This document shows, piece by piece, positions 53,129 through 62,219 of a DNA stretch of 64,000 nt (its first letter is position 1; each line of letters opens with the position of its first letter). The translations under genes were made by a program, and so were the position numbers. The DNA lies in NCBI GenBank assembly GCA_041697335.1, contig JBGUGD010000002.1, positions 160,001 through 224,000 of the forward strand, given 5' to 3'. Source of the DNA: Vampirovibrionaceae bacterium NZW_1234 (lineage in GTDB: Bacteria; Cyanobacteriota; Vampirovibrionia; Vampirovibrionales; JAGQHJ01). Under the pieces are notes generated by a model. The model was not told where the DNA came from. It ran no database searches and worked only from the letters and a program-made list of their open reading frames with translations.

Positions 53129-55282
53129 GTGTCATTGATGTTATTCAGTACTTCGTCTGTTCAATTTCATCTGGGGACTGGAACACTTCCGCGTTTTAGT
53201 GCCAAAAAACAAGTAAAACAGGAAACACCGGACTGGCTTCAACAGACGGATCCTGTCATACAAGCGAAGTTAGAACATTTGGATGCGCTGCGAAAAGAAA
53301 GGCCGACCCGGGTAAGTCGATGGACTCAGTTTAAAAACCGCGTATCGGAAATTGGCCGTGCTTGGCCTTTTCGTAAGGCGTTGATTTTTCTCGGCGCTTT
53401 AACCGTAGGTCTTGGGGTGTCTGGAGGAGGCGGGTATATGGTCAACCGCTTTCATCGAACGTCAGTAGAGGACTGGCATGTAGGTCGCTCTATTAATACA
53501 ACGAATGATTGGGTGAGAGAAACCACGCAAAAAAAGACGTCGTATAATTACTCACTTCAACATCTCATTGATTTTCAGGACAAGTACCGCACATTTTTAG
53601 ACAGCATCAAAACAGTGTTATCCGAGAGTAACCAAGCTGAACATCAGGCCATTGCGGCACGCATTGAGTTTAATACTGGCGTGCTGGACGCTAAGGTTAA
53701 TAGTGTAGGTACAGAGTTGTTAAAACAAGCTGCACAACGTCGTGATGCAGGGAAAAGCCTGGATGTACGCGCGTTTATTGATAGTAATCCGGCGTTTAAA
53801 CATCTTTCCGAACGCGACAAGGAAATGTTCTCCGTTGAACTCTACACCGTTCTCAATAATCATCCGGATATGACCGTGGAGAAATTTCTCCAAGAGCGCC
53901 CCACGGAGCAAAAGGACAGCAAGAAAACCTCTTCAAATCAAACACAGTCAACCTACGAATCCAATCTGCGTAAGGTTCTGTCAGTGGCTTTAGGGAATAA
54001 AATCGCCGGGGTGACCCTTGATGACTACTTGCGGGTCGATTCTAAAGAAAGTGCCATTGCCATGTTCGAGCGGGTTGCCAACCATCCCGATAATTTGAGT
54101 CATTTGTCCCCAACAGAGCGCCAGGAGTATGTTCAGGCGGCTAAAACCGTTTTAGAAAATGTACATTACGGTGAGTCTGTTCCGGGTTATGGGTATATGG
54201 CGTTGGCCTATGCCTTATTAGTGACTGGCATTGCCGGAAGTATCGCGACAGGAGCTTCTGCTGTCAGTAGCCTTAAAGAACTCCGTCAAGGTTTATCCAA
54301 GAAGCCTCAAATTACTCGGACCCCATTAACCCTGGAAGTGATTGAAAGGCCTGAGGATCAACCAGCCATTGAGGCGATGTATGCCTCTGTTATGGAACAC
54401 TGTAAGACGGCGGTTGCCCTTCGTCAAAGTGCCATGGAAAAGAACCCTGAAGTGGCTGTTTTTCTGACGCATCTGGCAGGGGGGAAGACGCCCAAGCATG
54501 ATGCCCAGGAGTTGTACGAAGCTTACAAAAGTCAAGCTCATGCCCGTTTTAACCAGAAAGGTTACCACTCGATTTCAAAGCTCCGCTTGGTCAAGGAGGT
54601 TCAAACACTCGCAGAACAAGCGACCAATAATCATGACTTCTTGCCTGAGTTGGCTGTTCTTGCTCCATCTGACGTGGTTGCTCCTCTGCGTCGACCCAAT
54701 TCCGTGTCTCTGGATGTTCGCCTGAATGCGGAAGTTCAGGATCGCACCACCAAGCTTCTGGAAGCGCAGCGGGATTACATTAATCAGCTGATTTGGCACA
54801 CCAAGCAGGAAGCGGATCATGAGGCACTTGTTTCACAGGTTACCGGGCTGGCAGAGGCGGCTAAGGGGAGAGAAACCCGTGAACTGATTCGTGAGCGACG
54901 CCGTAAAGAGATGTCAGAGAAGCTTTTGGGCGTCAACCATAATATTCTGGCCCAGCTGAAGCATCGGATCCAGGTATTGGAAGAACAATGTTTTACCTGT
55001 ACGACACTGCTGGATGAGTATCGCGATAACGAAGAATTTCGCGCAAAAGTAGCCCAGCATGCCAAGATACGCGGCGTGAACGAGGACCAGTTGAACGATG
55101 AGGACTTGAAAGAACTGGGGCTTGAAATTACGACTCGAACAGCGATGGATGCCCGAGTTCGTAAAGAGCTGGAACAGCAGCGACGGGCCCGAGAGTATGA
55201 GGAGCAGGTCCTGCGAGAAGCCCGTCAAAAAGCCGGCTCCACTGAGGCGGATTCAACGGCCGAGGGTGCCTCGGGTTCATAG
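53129..55282 (+). CDS. Large hypothetical membrane/coiled-coil protein with RFS leader
   Basis: ...TLPRFSAKK; two hydrophobic segments; charged helical C-terminus. Confidence 0.75.
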   Translation: MSLMLFSTSSVQFHLGTGTLPRFSAKKQVKQETPDWLQQTDPVIQAKLEHLDALRKERPTRVSRWTQFKNRVSEIGRAWPFRKALIFLGALTVGLGVSGGGGYMVNRFHRTSVEDWHVGRSINTTNDWVRETTQKKTSYNYSLQHLIDFQDKYRTFLDSIKTVLSESNQAEHQAIAARIEFNTGVLDAKVNSVGTELLKQAAQRRDAGKSLDVRAFIDSNPAFKHLSERDKEMFSVELYTVLNNHPDMTVEKFLQERPTEQKDSKKTSSNQTQSTYESNLRKVLSVALGNKIAGVTLDDYLRVDSKESAIAMFERVANHPDNLSHLSPTERQEYVQAAKTVLENVHYGESVPGYGYMALAYALLVTGIAGSIATGASAVSSLKELRQGLSKKPQITRTPLTLEVIERPEDQPAIEAMYASVMEHCKTAVALRQSAMEKNPEVAVFLTHLAGGKTPKHDAQELYEAYKSQAHARFNQKGYHSISKLRLVKEVQTLAEQATNNHDFLPELAVLAPSDVVAPLRRPNSVSLDVRLNAEVQDRTTKLLEAQRDYINQLIWHTKQEADHEALVSQVTGLAEAAKGRETRELIRERRRKEMSEKLLGVNHNILAQLKHRIQVLEEQCFTCTTLLDEYRDNEEFRAKVAQHAKIRGVNEDQLNDEDLKELGLEITTRTAMDARVRKELEQQRRAREYEEQVLREARQKAGSTEADSTAEGASGS

Positions 55283-55554
55283 AGTCATGTTTTGAGAGTG
55301 TGACTCTGGCTTAAAGCTTATGTGGAGATGCTTGACAGCGTTTAAAAAGCCAAGCTTTCGGGAACAATACTAAAAACGATTTTATGAACAACACCTGAAA
55401 GCGCAAAACAAATGGTAAAAGACTTACGTGACAATCCGCTCCAGACCAATGTCGACAAACCGCGACTCATCGCGTCGAATAGTCCCGAATTTAAAGTGAA
55501 AATCCTGAAAAGTCCCTGTATTTCAGCGGTTTTCTGAATTGATGCCCGCCGAAA

Positions 55555-55615
55555 TGACGCGAATTCGTCGAGAAAACGACGATAAAATGTCGATCGTTCG
55601 TCGACTGATCGTCGA
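55555..55615. repeat. Phased 11-bp direct repeats, core YGWCGA
   Basis: Cores at 55555 (TGACGC, 1 mismatch), 55566, 55577, 55588, 55599, 55610. Confidence 0.7.
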
Positions 55616-55681
55616 GCAATGGCTGCTTGTAAGCCTCATCCTGTTCGATGGAATGGGCCATTTCATGCATCGGCTGAGATT

Positions 55682-55730
55682 CTAAAGGATTTCTAAACGG
55701 TATCAAAAAGAACGTTTTGATTGTTTTTAT
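55682..55730 (+). promoter_or_regulatory. Recurring promoter-like motif with upstream tandem repeat
   Basis: CTAAAG-GATTT-CTAAAC-N3-ATCAA-N16-GTTTTTAT. Confidence 0.55.
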
Positions 55731-55740
55731 AAATATATAT

Positions 55741-55986
55741 AACTCCGCTTTTGGGTTGCGTAGGTAAAATAGGTCCACTCTCTCAGTTTCATTCGGTTGA
55801 TGTAACTGGAAGAAAACTCCCTGAAGTATTTGCTCCAGGGGATGCTTTGCTCCATAGCACGAAGCACCTCTGGATCTGGAATGCTTAGGGTGTCGAGCCA
55901 ATCTGTTTTCTTCCGAGTCGACTTGAAACCGACTATCGCAGCCTGACCATAAGCTCCCCCGGGTGTCCCGCATACCGGGGGCTTTT
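55741..55986 (+). ncRNA. Candidate rod-shaped ncRNA (6S-sized) with terminator
   Basis: Seven nested helices from 55751-60/55937-46 inward to a loop at ~55852; terminator-like hairpin 55956-55986. Confidence 0.55.
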
Positions 55987-56044
55987 GGTTGAACGAGAAT
56001 CGAGTGTCGTTCTTTTAAATCATCCCGGAACCTCCAAAGAGCGA

Positions 56045-56073
56045 TTGTGGATGACGCTGCTATAAAGTATAAT
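56045..56073 (+). promoter_or_regulatory. Sigma70-type promoter candidate for ppk1
   Basis: TTGTGG-N17-TATAAT. Confidence 0.5.
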
Positions 56074-56201
56074 GTAACTATAAAAAGTGTTCTGTTTAGG
56101 CCCGTTAAAGATTTGTCCGCATCGCTCAAGTTTTTGTCCTGTAGGACGAAACAGTAGGGTACGGGTGTTTCCTGGAGATTTGAATGATGGAGGAGTTGAA
56201 C

Positions 56202-56258
56202 ATGCCCATTTATCAGCCTGTGCTGAGTCCATATAACAGTGGGTTTTATACCGTATGA
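56202..56258 (+). CDS. 18-aa upstream ORF coupled to ppk1
   Basis: SD GGAGGAG; MPIYQPVLSPYNSGFYTV; TGA overlaps ppk1 ATG (ATGA). Confidence 0.5.
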   Translation: MPIYQPVLSPYNSGFYTV

Positions 56259-58411
56259 AGTTGATTCGCTCTGACGCCAACCATCCCCAAGACCCCTTTC
56301 AAAAATTTTCCTCAGGAGAGCTCATCAATCGGGAGCTTTCGTGGCTGGAGTTTAATGTTCGGGTTCTGGAAGAAGCCAATAATCCGAATCATCCGTTGCT
56401 TGAACGGTTACGTTTTCTGGCGATTTCCGACAGCAACCTGGATGAATTCTACATGGTCCGTGTTGCAGGACTGAAGAACCATCTGGAAATTCATCCCCAC
56501 TCCATCAGTTCCGATGGTTTGAGTATTGTGGAGCAGTTGAGTGCCATTAATCATAAGACCCGAGAGCTCCTAGAAGCTCAGTCTCGAACCTGGCAAAGGT
56601 TATCCCGGGAGCTTTTAGCCCATGGCATCTCCATTGTTAAAACCGAAAACCTGAATAAGCGTGAACTCAAGTGGTTGGACCGGTTTTTTATGGAGCAGAT
56701 TTTTCCGGTTTTGACGCCTCTGGCAGTCGATCCGGCGCACCCGTTTCCGCTGATCCCAAACGATGGGTTGTGCTTCGTGTTGAAGTTGAAAACACCTCAA
56801 CAGAAGGCGATGTGGTCGCTGGTGCCGTTGCCCAAGAACTTGCAGCGATTTGTTCCGGTGATGGGGGAAAAGAAACGCTTTTTGGCCATTGAAGATATCA
56901 TTGCCACGTTTTTTCCAGCACTGTTTCCTGAGTTTGAAGTCCAGCGCTTCGGCCTGTTTCACTTGATTCGTGACAGTGAAATGGACATTGATGAAGACAG
57001 CGAAGATTTGATTGAAATGTTCAAGACAGCCTTGCAGCAGCGTCGCCAAGGCAATGTCATTCGCTTGATTGTAAATGACGGGATGCCGGATGACTTGATT
57101 GAGTTTGTTATGGATGAGCTGGAAATCGAGAGTCAGGACGTGTTTCATGTCTCTGGCCTGCTGAATCTGGATACGTTGAATGAGTTAATATTGCCGGAGT
57201 TTGCTCACCTGCAATTTCCTTCTTTTACCCCTAAAGTTTCATCTGCCTTTCATGAGGAATCCTCATGTTTTGATGCCATTCGCAAATCGGACATTATGTT
57301 GCATCATCCGTATGAATCCTTTAATTCCGTCATTGATTTTTTAACCCAGTCTGCCCGGGATCCCAATGTCCTCGCCATTAAGCAGACACTTTACCGAACC
57401 AGTGTTGACTCTCCTATCGTAAAGGCCTTGGTAGAAGCGGCCAATATGGGCAAAAGTGTTACGGTGGTTGTCGAGTTGAAGGCTCGGTTTGATGAAGAAG
57501 AAAATATCAGAATGGCCGAAATACTAGAGAATGCCGGTGTTCACGTCATTTTCGGGTTCATTGATTTTAAAATCCACTGTAAGATGACGTTGGTTGTGCG
57601 TAAAGAGGCTAACAAGCGCATTCGCAATTATCTGCACGTTGGGACGGGAAATTATAATCCCAGAACGGCCAAAGTTTACACCGATATTTCAGTGTTTACC
57701 GCAAATTCTGAATTATGCATGGATGCGGCCAAGGTCTTTAATTATTTGACTGGGTATGCCAAACCCCATCAACTGGAAAAACTGATTATTTCTCCTTTGC
57801 AGATGCAAGAGAAGCTCTTGCAAATGATTCGCCAGGAAATTCGCCTTTGCCAGGAAACCGGTGTTGGGCGTATTTGGGCAAAGATGAACTCCCTGGTGGA
57901 CCCCGATATTATCCATGCCCTCTATGAAGCTTCGCAAGCGGGGGTGCAAATCGATCTGGTGGTTCGGGGGATTTGCTGCCTGCGACCTGGGATTCCGGAG
58001 CTCTCCGAAAATATTCGAGTCAAAAGCATGGTTGGGCGATTCCTGGAACATTCCCGAATCGTGTGTTTTGGACTTGGACACGAAATTCCGTCAGAGATGT
58101 CCGAGGTCTTCATATCCTCGGCTGACTGGATGCCCCGGAATTTTCATTCTCGTGTGGAAACTTTGATCCCCATTACCGATCCGCAGTTGAAAAAAGAATT
58201 GCTCGAGAAAATTATGTCTGCTAACCTAAAGGATGTTCGCCAGAGTTGGGTGTTGCAACCCAACGGAACCTATGAGCGAATTTCAACGAGTCACGATGCC
58301 TTTAGCGCCCAGGAATATTTTATGCACCTGACGTCAACGCCACCCACGGGTGACCTCTCTGACCCCACCCGCACAAAGCCGAAGGCTAATAAAAAATTGA
58401 AATCCGCCTGA
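56255..58411 (+). CDS. ppk1: Polyphosphate kinase 1
   Basis: NRELSWLEFN.RVL, NLDEFYMVRVAGL, HHPYESF, IKQTLYRT, ELKARFDEE.N, GRFLEHSR, SADWMPRN. Confidence 0.97.
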   Translation: MKLIRSDANHPQDPFQKFSSGELINRELSWLEFNVRVLEEANNPNHPLLERLRFLAISDSNLDEFYMVRVAGLKNHLEIHPHSISSDGLSIVEQLSAINHKTRELLEAQSRTWQRLSRELLAHGISIVKTENLNKRELKWLDRFFMEQIFPVLTPLAVDPAHPFPLIPNDGLCFVLKLKTPQQKAMWSLVPLPKNLQRFVPVMGEKKRFLAIEDIIATFFPALFPEFEVQRFGLFHLIRDSEMDIDEDSEDLIEMFKTALQQRRQGNVIRLIVNDGMPDDLIEFVMDELEIESQDVFHVSGLLNLDTLNELILPEFAHLQFPSFTPKVSSAFHEESSCFDAIRKSDIMLHHPYESFNSVIDFLTQSARDPNVLAIKQTLYRTSVDSPIVKALVEAANMGKSVTVVVELKARFDEEENIRMAEILENAGVHVIFGFIDFKIHCKMTLVVRKEANKRIRNYLHVGTGNYNPRTAKVYTDISVFTANSELCMDAAKVFNYLTGYAKPHQLEKLIISPLQMQEKLLQMIRQEIRLCQETGVGRIWAKMNSLVDPDIIHALYEASQAGVQIDLVVRGICCLRPGIPELSENIRVKSMVGRFLEHSRIVCFGLGHEIPSEMSEVFISSADWMPRNFHSRVETLIPITDPQLKKELLEKIMSANLKDVRQSWVLQPNGTYERISTSHDAFSAQEYFMHLTSTPPTGDLSDPTRTKPKANKKLKSA

Positions 58412-58415
58412 CACG

Positions 58416-59912
58416 ATGTCGCATTTAGTCGGTGTCGTGGATATCGGGTCCAACTCCATGCGGTTGGTGATTTATGACGGCTATACCCGGGTTCCCTACA
58501 CGATCTTTAATGAAAAATCCTTATGCGGTCTGGGTCGGGGCTTATCGTCTTCCGGCAAAATTATGCCGGAGCGTTTGCAAGCAGCCCTTGAGACGTTGAA
58601 ACGATTTCAGGTGGTTCTTCGGCGATATGAAGTAGAACAGACTCACTTTATTGCAACTTCGGCCCTGCGTGAAGCTTCGAATCGCCAGGAGTTTTTACGG
58701 TTGGCCGAGCCAATCGTGAAGCAAAAAATTGAAATTATTTCACCGGAGCAAGAGGCTGAATATGCCGCCCAAGGGGTTTTAAGCGCATTTCCGAATGCCC
58801 ATGGCATTGTTGGTGACTTGGGTGGAGGCAGCTTGGAATTGAGTGCCCTTTATCAAGGCGAACTCACACACACCGGTTCTGTGCTGTTAGGGCATCAACG
58901 CCTACTGGAAAAGCTGGTGGAACATCGAGGATTTTTATTACCTTTCCGTCGGCATTTGGATGAGACATTGGCTGAGATAGCATGGGTACCTCAGCAACGC
59001 TTTTCAACCTTGTATGCGGTTGGCGGTGCCTGGCGGGAATTGGCAGAAGCTTACATGAAAGCCATCGATTATCCCCTTCCCATGGTGGATCACTTTTGTA
59101 TGACGCGCTCCTTACTGCTGGAATTTATTCACCAGTGCTATTTAGGGGCTCATAAGAACAAACTGGATTTGGAGAACGATTCTCAAATTTCCGCCAAGTT
59201 GTCGGCTTATTTATTAAAACGCCTGGTTCAGGTCTGTCATATCGATCAGGTTTATTTCTCGGCCTACGGTGTGCGGGAGGGCATAATTTATAACCAGTTA
59301 AGATCTTCCCAGAAAGCAGAGGATCCACTGTTATGCTCCAGCCAGTATTTTTCAGCACAACTCCATGCCCGGCCTGAAAACTATGACGATTTGCAAGCAT
59401 GGACCTTTTCTTTTTTCGAAAATCTTTCGCCGGAAAAAAAGCGCCTCTATGAAGCGGTTCTTCTGCTCTGCGATATGGCCATCTACGAGGCGCGCCATGT
59501 GCGCTCGATGAATGCCTTTGAGCGTATTCTGACACTGCCTTTAACCGGCATTACCCATGCCGAACGAATTTGGATTGCCCTTGCCACATCCATTCGTTAC
59601 TCCGGCAATTTGAACGCACGCTACCTGCAAGACCACCTGGATCTCATTGAGCCTGAGGCATCCTATGAAGCCCTGGTGCTGGGACAATTCCTGAGACTGT
59701 CGCAGACCCTCTCGTGCCGGAAGTCCGGGATCCTGCCTCATGTCAATCTGATGGTTCGAGACAATCAACTCATTGTCAGCAGCGCCTCTCATGTGGACTA
59801 TCTCTACGGTGATCGGGTTGAAAAATACTTGTCGAACCTGGCCAGATCCCTACGACTTATTCCAAGAATCGATCAAGCCGGACACTTCTCTCTAGAGCAT
59901 GTCAGCCAGTAG
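58416..59912 (+). CDS. ppx: Exopolyphosphatase Ppx/GppA family
   Basis: VDIGSNSMRL, ATSALREA.N, EQEA, DLGGGSLEL, GVREG; directly after ppk1. Confidence 0.92.
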   Translation: MSHLVGVVDIGSNSMRLVIYDGYTRVPYTIFNEKSLCGLGRGLSSSGKIMPERLQAALETLKRFQVVLRRYEVEQTHFIATSALREASNRQEFLRLAEPIVKQKIEIISPEQEAEYAAQGVLSAFPNAHGIVGDLGGGSLELSALYQGELTHTGSVLLGHQRLLEKLVEHRGFLLPFRRHLDETLAEIAWVPQQRFSTLYAVGGAWRELAEAYMKAIDYPLPMVDHFCMTRSLLLEFIHQCYLGAHKNKLDLENDSQISAKLSAYLLKRLVQVCHIDQVYFSAYGVREGIIYNQLRSSQKAEDPLLCSSQYFSAQLHARPENYDDLQAWTFSFFENLSPEKKRLYEAVLLLCDMAIYEARHVRSMNAFERILTLPLTGITHAERIWIALATSIRYSGNLNARYLQDHLDLIEPEASYEALVLGQFLRLSQTLSCRKSGILPHVNLMVRDNQLIVSSASHVDYLYGDRVEKYLSNLARSLRLIPRIDQAGHFSLEHVSQ

Positions 59913-60425
59913 CATTTTTCCCGTTACAAAGGCCAGGACATTGGCTTGATACCGCGGCAGTGGGTACCACGCAGGTGCATGCCACTGTAAGTGGGTCAGC
60001 GCCGAAGTCGGGTAATCGGACACCAGTTTGTCGGGACAAGCCTCTCGTTGTGCCATTGAAAGGACCCAGGAATGCAGATCGGGATTATGGCCAATCACCA
60101 GGACGTTTTGGTAGAGATCAGAGACAGCACTCAACGCGCCCGATAAAACCTCTTCAGAGGCCAGGTATAATTCCGGTAGGAAGTGAGTTTGTACTGTGGC
60201 CAGGGCCGGATAGGCGTCAATTAATCCATCCAGGGTTTGTCGGGTACGGACAGAAGCAGAGCATAAAATGACATCAACCGATGTTTTGTGTTCGGCTAGG
60301 TATTGTCCGATACGCTCAGCTTGCTGATGCCCATAGTCACTGAGGACTCGCTCTTTATCGGATTGTAAACCTGTTTTAGCCTCGGCCTTGGCGTGGCGTA
60401 AAACTAGCAGGTTCCGCTCGGGCAT
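59892..60425 (-). CDS. sixA: SixA-family histidine phosphatase
   Basis: LRHAKA, SASVRTRQT, VIGHNP. Confidence 0.85.
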   Translation of the reverse strand: MPERNLLVLRHAKAEAKTGLQSDKERVLSDYGHQQAERIGQYLAEHKTSVDVILCSASVRTRQTLDGLIDAYPALATVQTHFLPELYLASEEVLSGALSAVSDLYQNVLVIGHNPDLHSWVLSMAQREACPDKLVSDYPTSALTHLQWHAPAWYPLPRYQANVLAFVTGKMLLADML

Positions 60426-60445
60426 CGGATTCAGGGACCTATCGA

Positions 60446-61555
60446 TTAAACCAGCGCCGCTGCTTCTTGGGGCAGCATCAAATTTAGCTCGGTCTGGGGA
60501 TCAAAGTAGGACACTTTGTCCATGGCAATGCCCAGCTCCAAGGGCTGTCCTTCATTGACAGGCATATCCGGGGGCAATGAAGCCACCAAGGGCTTGCCTT
60601 CCAGGGTAAAATGAACCAGTTTTTCATGGCCCAGGATTTCAATCAGATCGGGGGTGATGGTCACCAGCTGTTGATTGGCTTGGGAATGGGCGGGGCCAAA
60701 ATGCTCCGGCCGAATGCCTAATTGAATGGGGCGGTTATCAAACTGTTGGCCGCCCAATGCTTGGCGCATCTGTCCTGGAATTTCCCATAATGCGCCCGAT
60801 GGAAAGTAAACGGATCCCTCGCGATACGTGGCCGTTAGAAAGTACATACTGCCAATGAATCCGCCAACAAACACATTGCGGGGTTTACTGTAAATGTCTG
60901 CCGGAGCACCCACCTGCTGGATAATACCGGCATTGAGAATCACAATTCGATCGCCCATGGTCATGGCTTCCACCTGATCGTGGGTGACATAGATGGTGGT
61001 AGCATTGAGACGGCGGTGTAGCTTTTGAATTTCCGTACGCATCTGAACCCGCAGTTTGGCGTCCAGGTTGGATAAGGGCTCGTCCATCAGGAACACTTGC
61101 GGGTTTCGGACAATGGCACGGCCTAAGGCAACCCGCTGGCGCTGACCGCCTGAAAGCTGCTTGGGCTTACGATCCAGTAAGTGGGTCAAATCCAGAATTT
61201 TGGCTGCATCTTCCACCCGTTGTCTGATCTCGGACTTGGGGGTTTTGCGCATTTTCAAGCCGAATGCCATATTGTCATAGACGGACATATGCGGGTATAG
61301 GGCGTAACTCTGAAACACCATGGCGATATCCCTGTCTTTGGGAGCCACATCGTTCACAATACGATTCCCAATGTGAATCTGGCCTTTGGTGATGGATTCC
61401 AATCCGGCAATCATTCGTAATACCGTTGATTTGCCGCAACCGCTGGGGCCAACCAGAACAATAAACTCTCGATCGGCAATCGTTAAAGAAAGGTCCTTGA
61501 TAATGTCGTTCTTATCGTACGACTTATAAATGTGTTCCAGTTGAACGTTGGCCAC
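60446..61555 (-). CDS. Carbohydrate ABC transporter ATP-binding subunit (MalK/UgpC/MsmX family)
   Basis: [47 protein letters not shown]; no permease adjacent; likely GTG start 61555. Confidence 0.95.
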   Translation of the reverse strand: MANVQLEHIYKSYDKNDIIKDLSLTIADREFIVLVGPSGCGKSTVLRMIAGLESITKGQIHIGNRIVNDVAPKDRDIAMVFQSYALYPHMSVYDNMAFGLKMRKTPKSEIRQRVEDAAKILDLTHLLDRKPKQLSGGQRQRVALGRAIVRNPQVFLMDEPLSNLDAKLRVQMRTEIQKLHRRLNATTIYVTHDQVEAMTMGDRIVILNAGIIQQVGAPADIYSKPRNVFVGGFIGSMYFLTATYREGSVYFPSGALWEIPGQMRQALGGQQFDNRPIQLGIRPEHFGPAHSQANQQLVTITPDLIEILGHEKLVHFTLEGKPLVASLPPDMPVNEGQPLELGIAMDKVSYFDPQTELNLMLPQEAAALV

Positions 61556-61633
61556 GTGAACCATCACTCCGACTGACGGGTTACTCCTTTATTAGACAGA
61601 AAATTTTATGAAAAGACAACCCGGCCTTCTGAA

Positions 61634-62068
61634 TCACGCAGTCGTGTTGAGTATTCGCTGAATAGATTCATACAAAATGGCTACATGCAGGTCGGCAGGC
61701 ATGTTGTTCTCGTCTTCCGGGGTATGATCCTCCATAAAATTTCGAATTTGGAGGATTTGGGTTGCAAAACGACGCTGCTCTTCAATGTTGAGGCAAGCCA
61801 AGGCGTTCATGGCTGTGCGAATTTCCGGATCTTGATCATGCCAACGACGTTTGGCTCCGGATAGGAAAAGTCCCAGGAGCCGGTGTTGGGTTATGGTTGG
61901 ATCCACCAAGCCGTTGTTCGGGGCTTTATTCTGCCAATGATCATAAATATGGGAGTTAATATGCTGGGCAATCAGAAGCTGCAAGGGATGGGGAAAAGCC
62001 TCCCAAGCTCGAATGGCTTGAGAAATGGTGGCTTCTGAGTCGTACCATCGTTTGTAGGGAATTCCCAT
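61634..62068 (-). CDS. Hypothetical protein with duplicated RW[YH]D motif
   Basis: KRWYDSEATISQAI... and RRWHDQDPEIRTAM...; start uncertain. Confidence 0.65.
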   Translation of the reverse strand: MGIPYKRWYDSEATISQAIRAWEAFPHPLQLLIAQHINSHIYDHWQNKAPNNGLVDPTITQHRLLGLFLSGAKRRWHDQDPEIRTAMNALACLNIEEQRRFATQILQIRNFMEDHTPEDENNMPADLHVAILYESIQRILNTTA

Positions 62069-62160
62069 AGGTCCAAATTTTTTTTCGGGTGTAGCACCGG
62101 TATCGGCGAAGATTATCAAAACCTTGATGTATTTTTCAAAAGAGAGCCTACTCGCATAGG

Positions 62161-62192
62161 GAAACGCCGGTGACCTAAGCCACCGGCGTTTC
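62161..62192 (-). terminator. Terminator-like hairpin after DUF3352-like gene
   Basis: GAAACGCCGGTG-N8-CACCGGCGTTTC. Confidence 0.7.
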
Positions 62193-62219
62193 TAGGAATA
62201 TTCGCTGTATATTTGGAAA

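Noticed and set aside
55741..55986. Retron msr-msd interpretation of the long hairpin
   Set aside because: No reverse transcriptase gene is adjacent or anywhere in the window.
55491..56129. 212-aa minus-strand ORF in the track
   Set aside because: No recognisable motifs; it overlaps the repeat array, promoter motif, rod RNA and ppk1 promoter, so it is likely spurious.
56137..56156. GTCC-TGTA-GGAC-GAAAC resembles hammerhead ribozyme stem II plus GAAA
   Set aside because: The required CUGANGA core is absent immediately upstream (sequence is AGTTTTT).
55300..56250. Possible replication origin
   Set aside because: Only one near-match DnaA box (TGTGGATGA, ~56046) was seen and no dnaA/dnaN context; insufficient.
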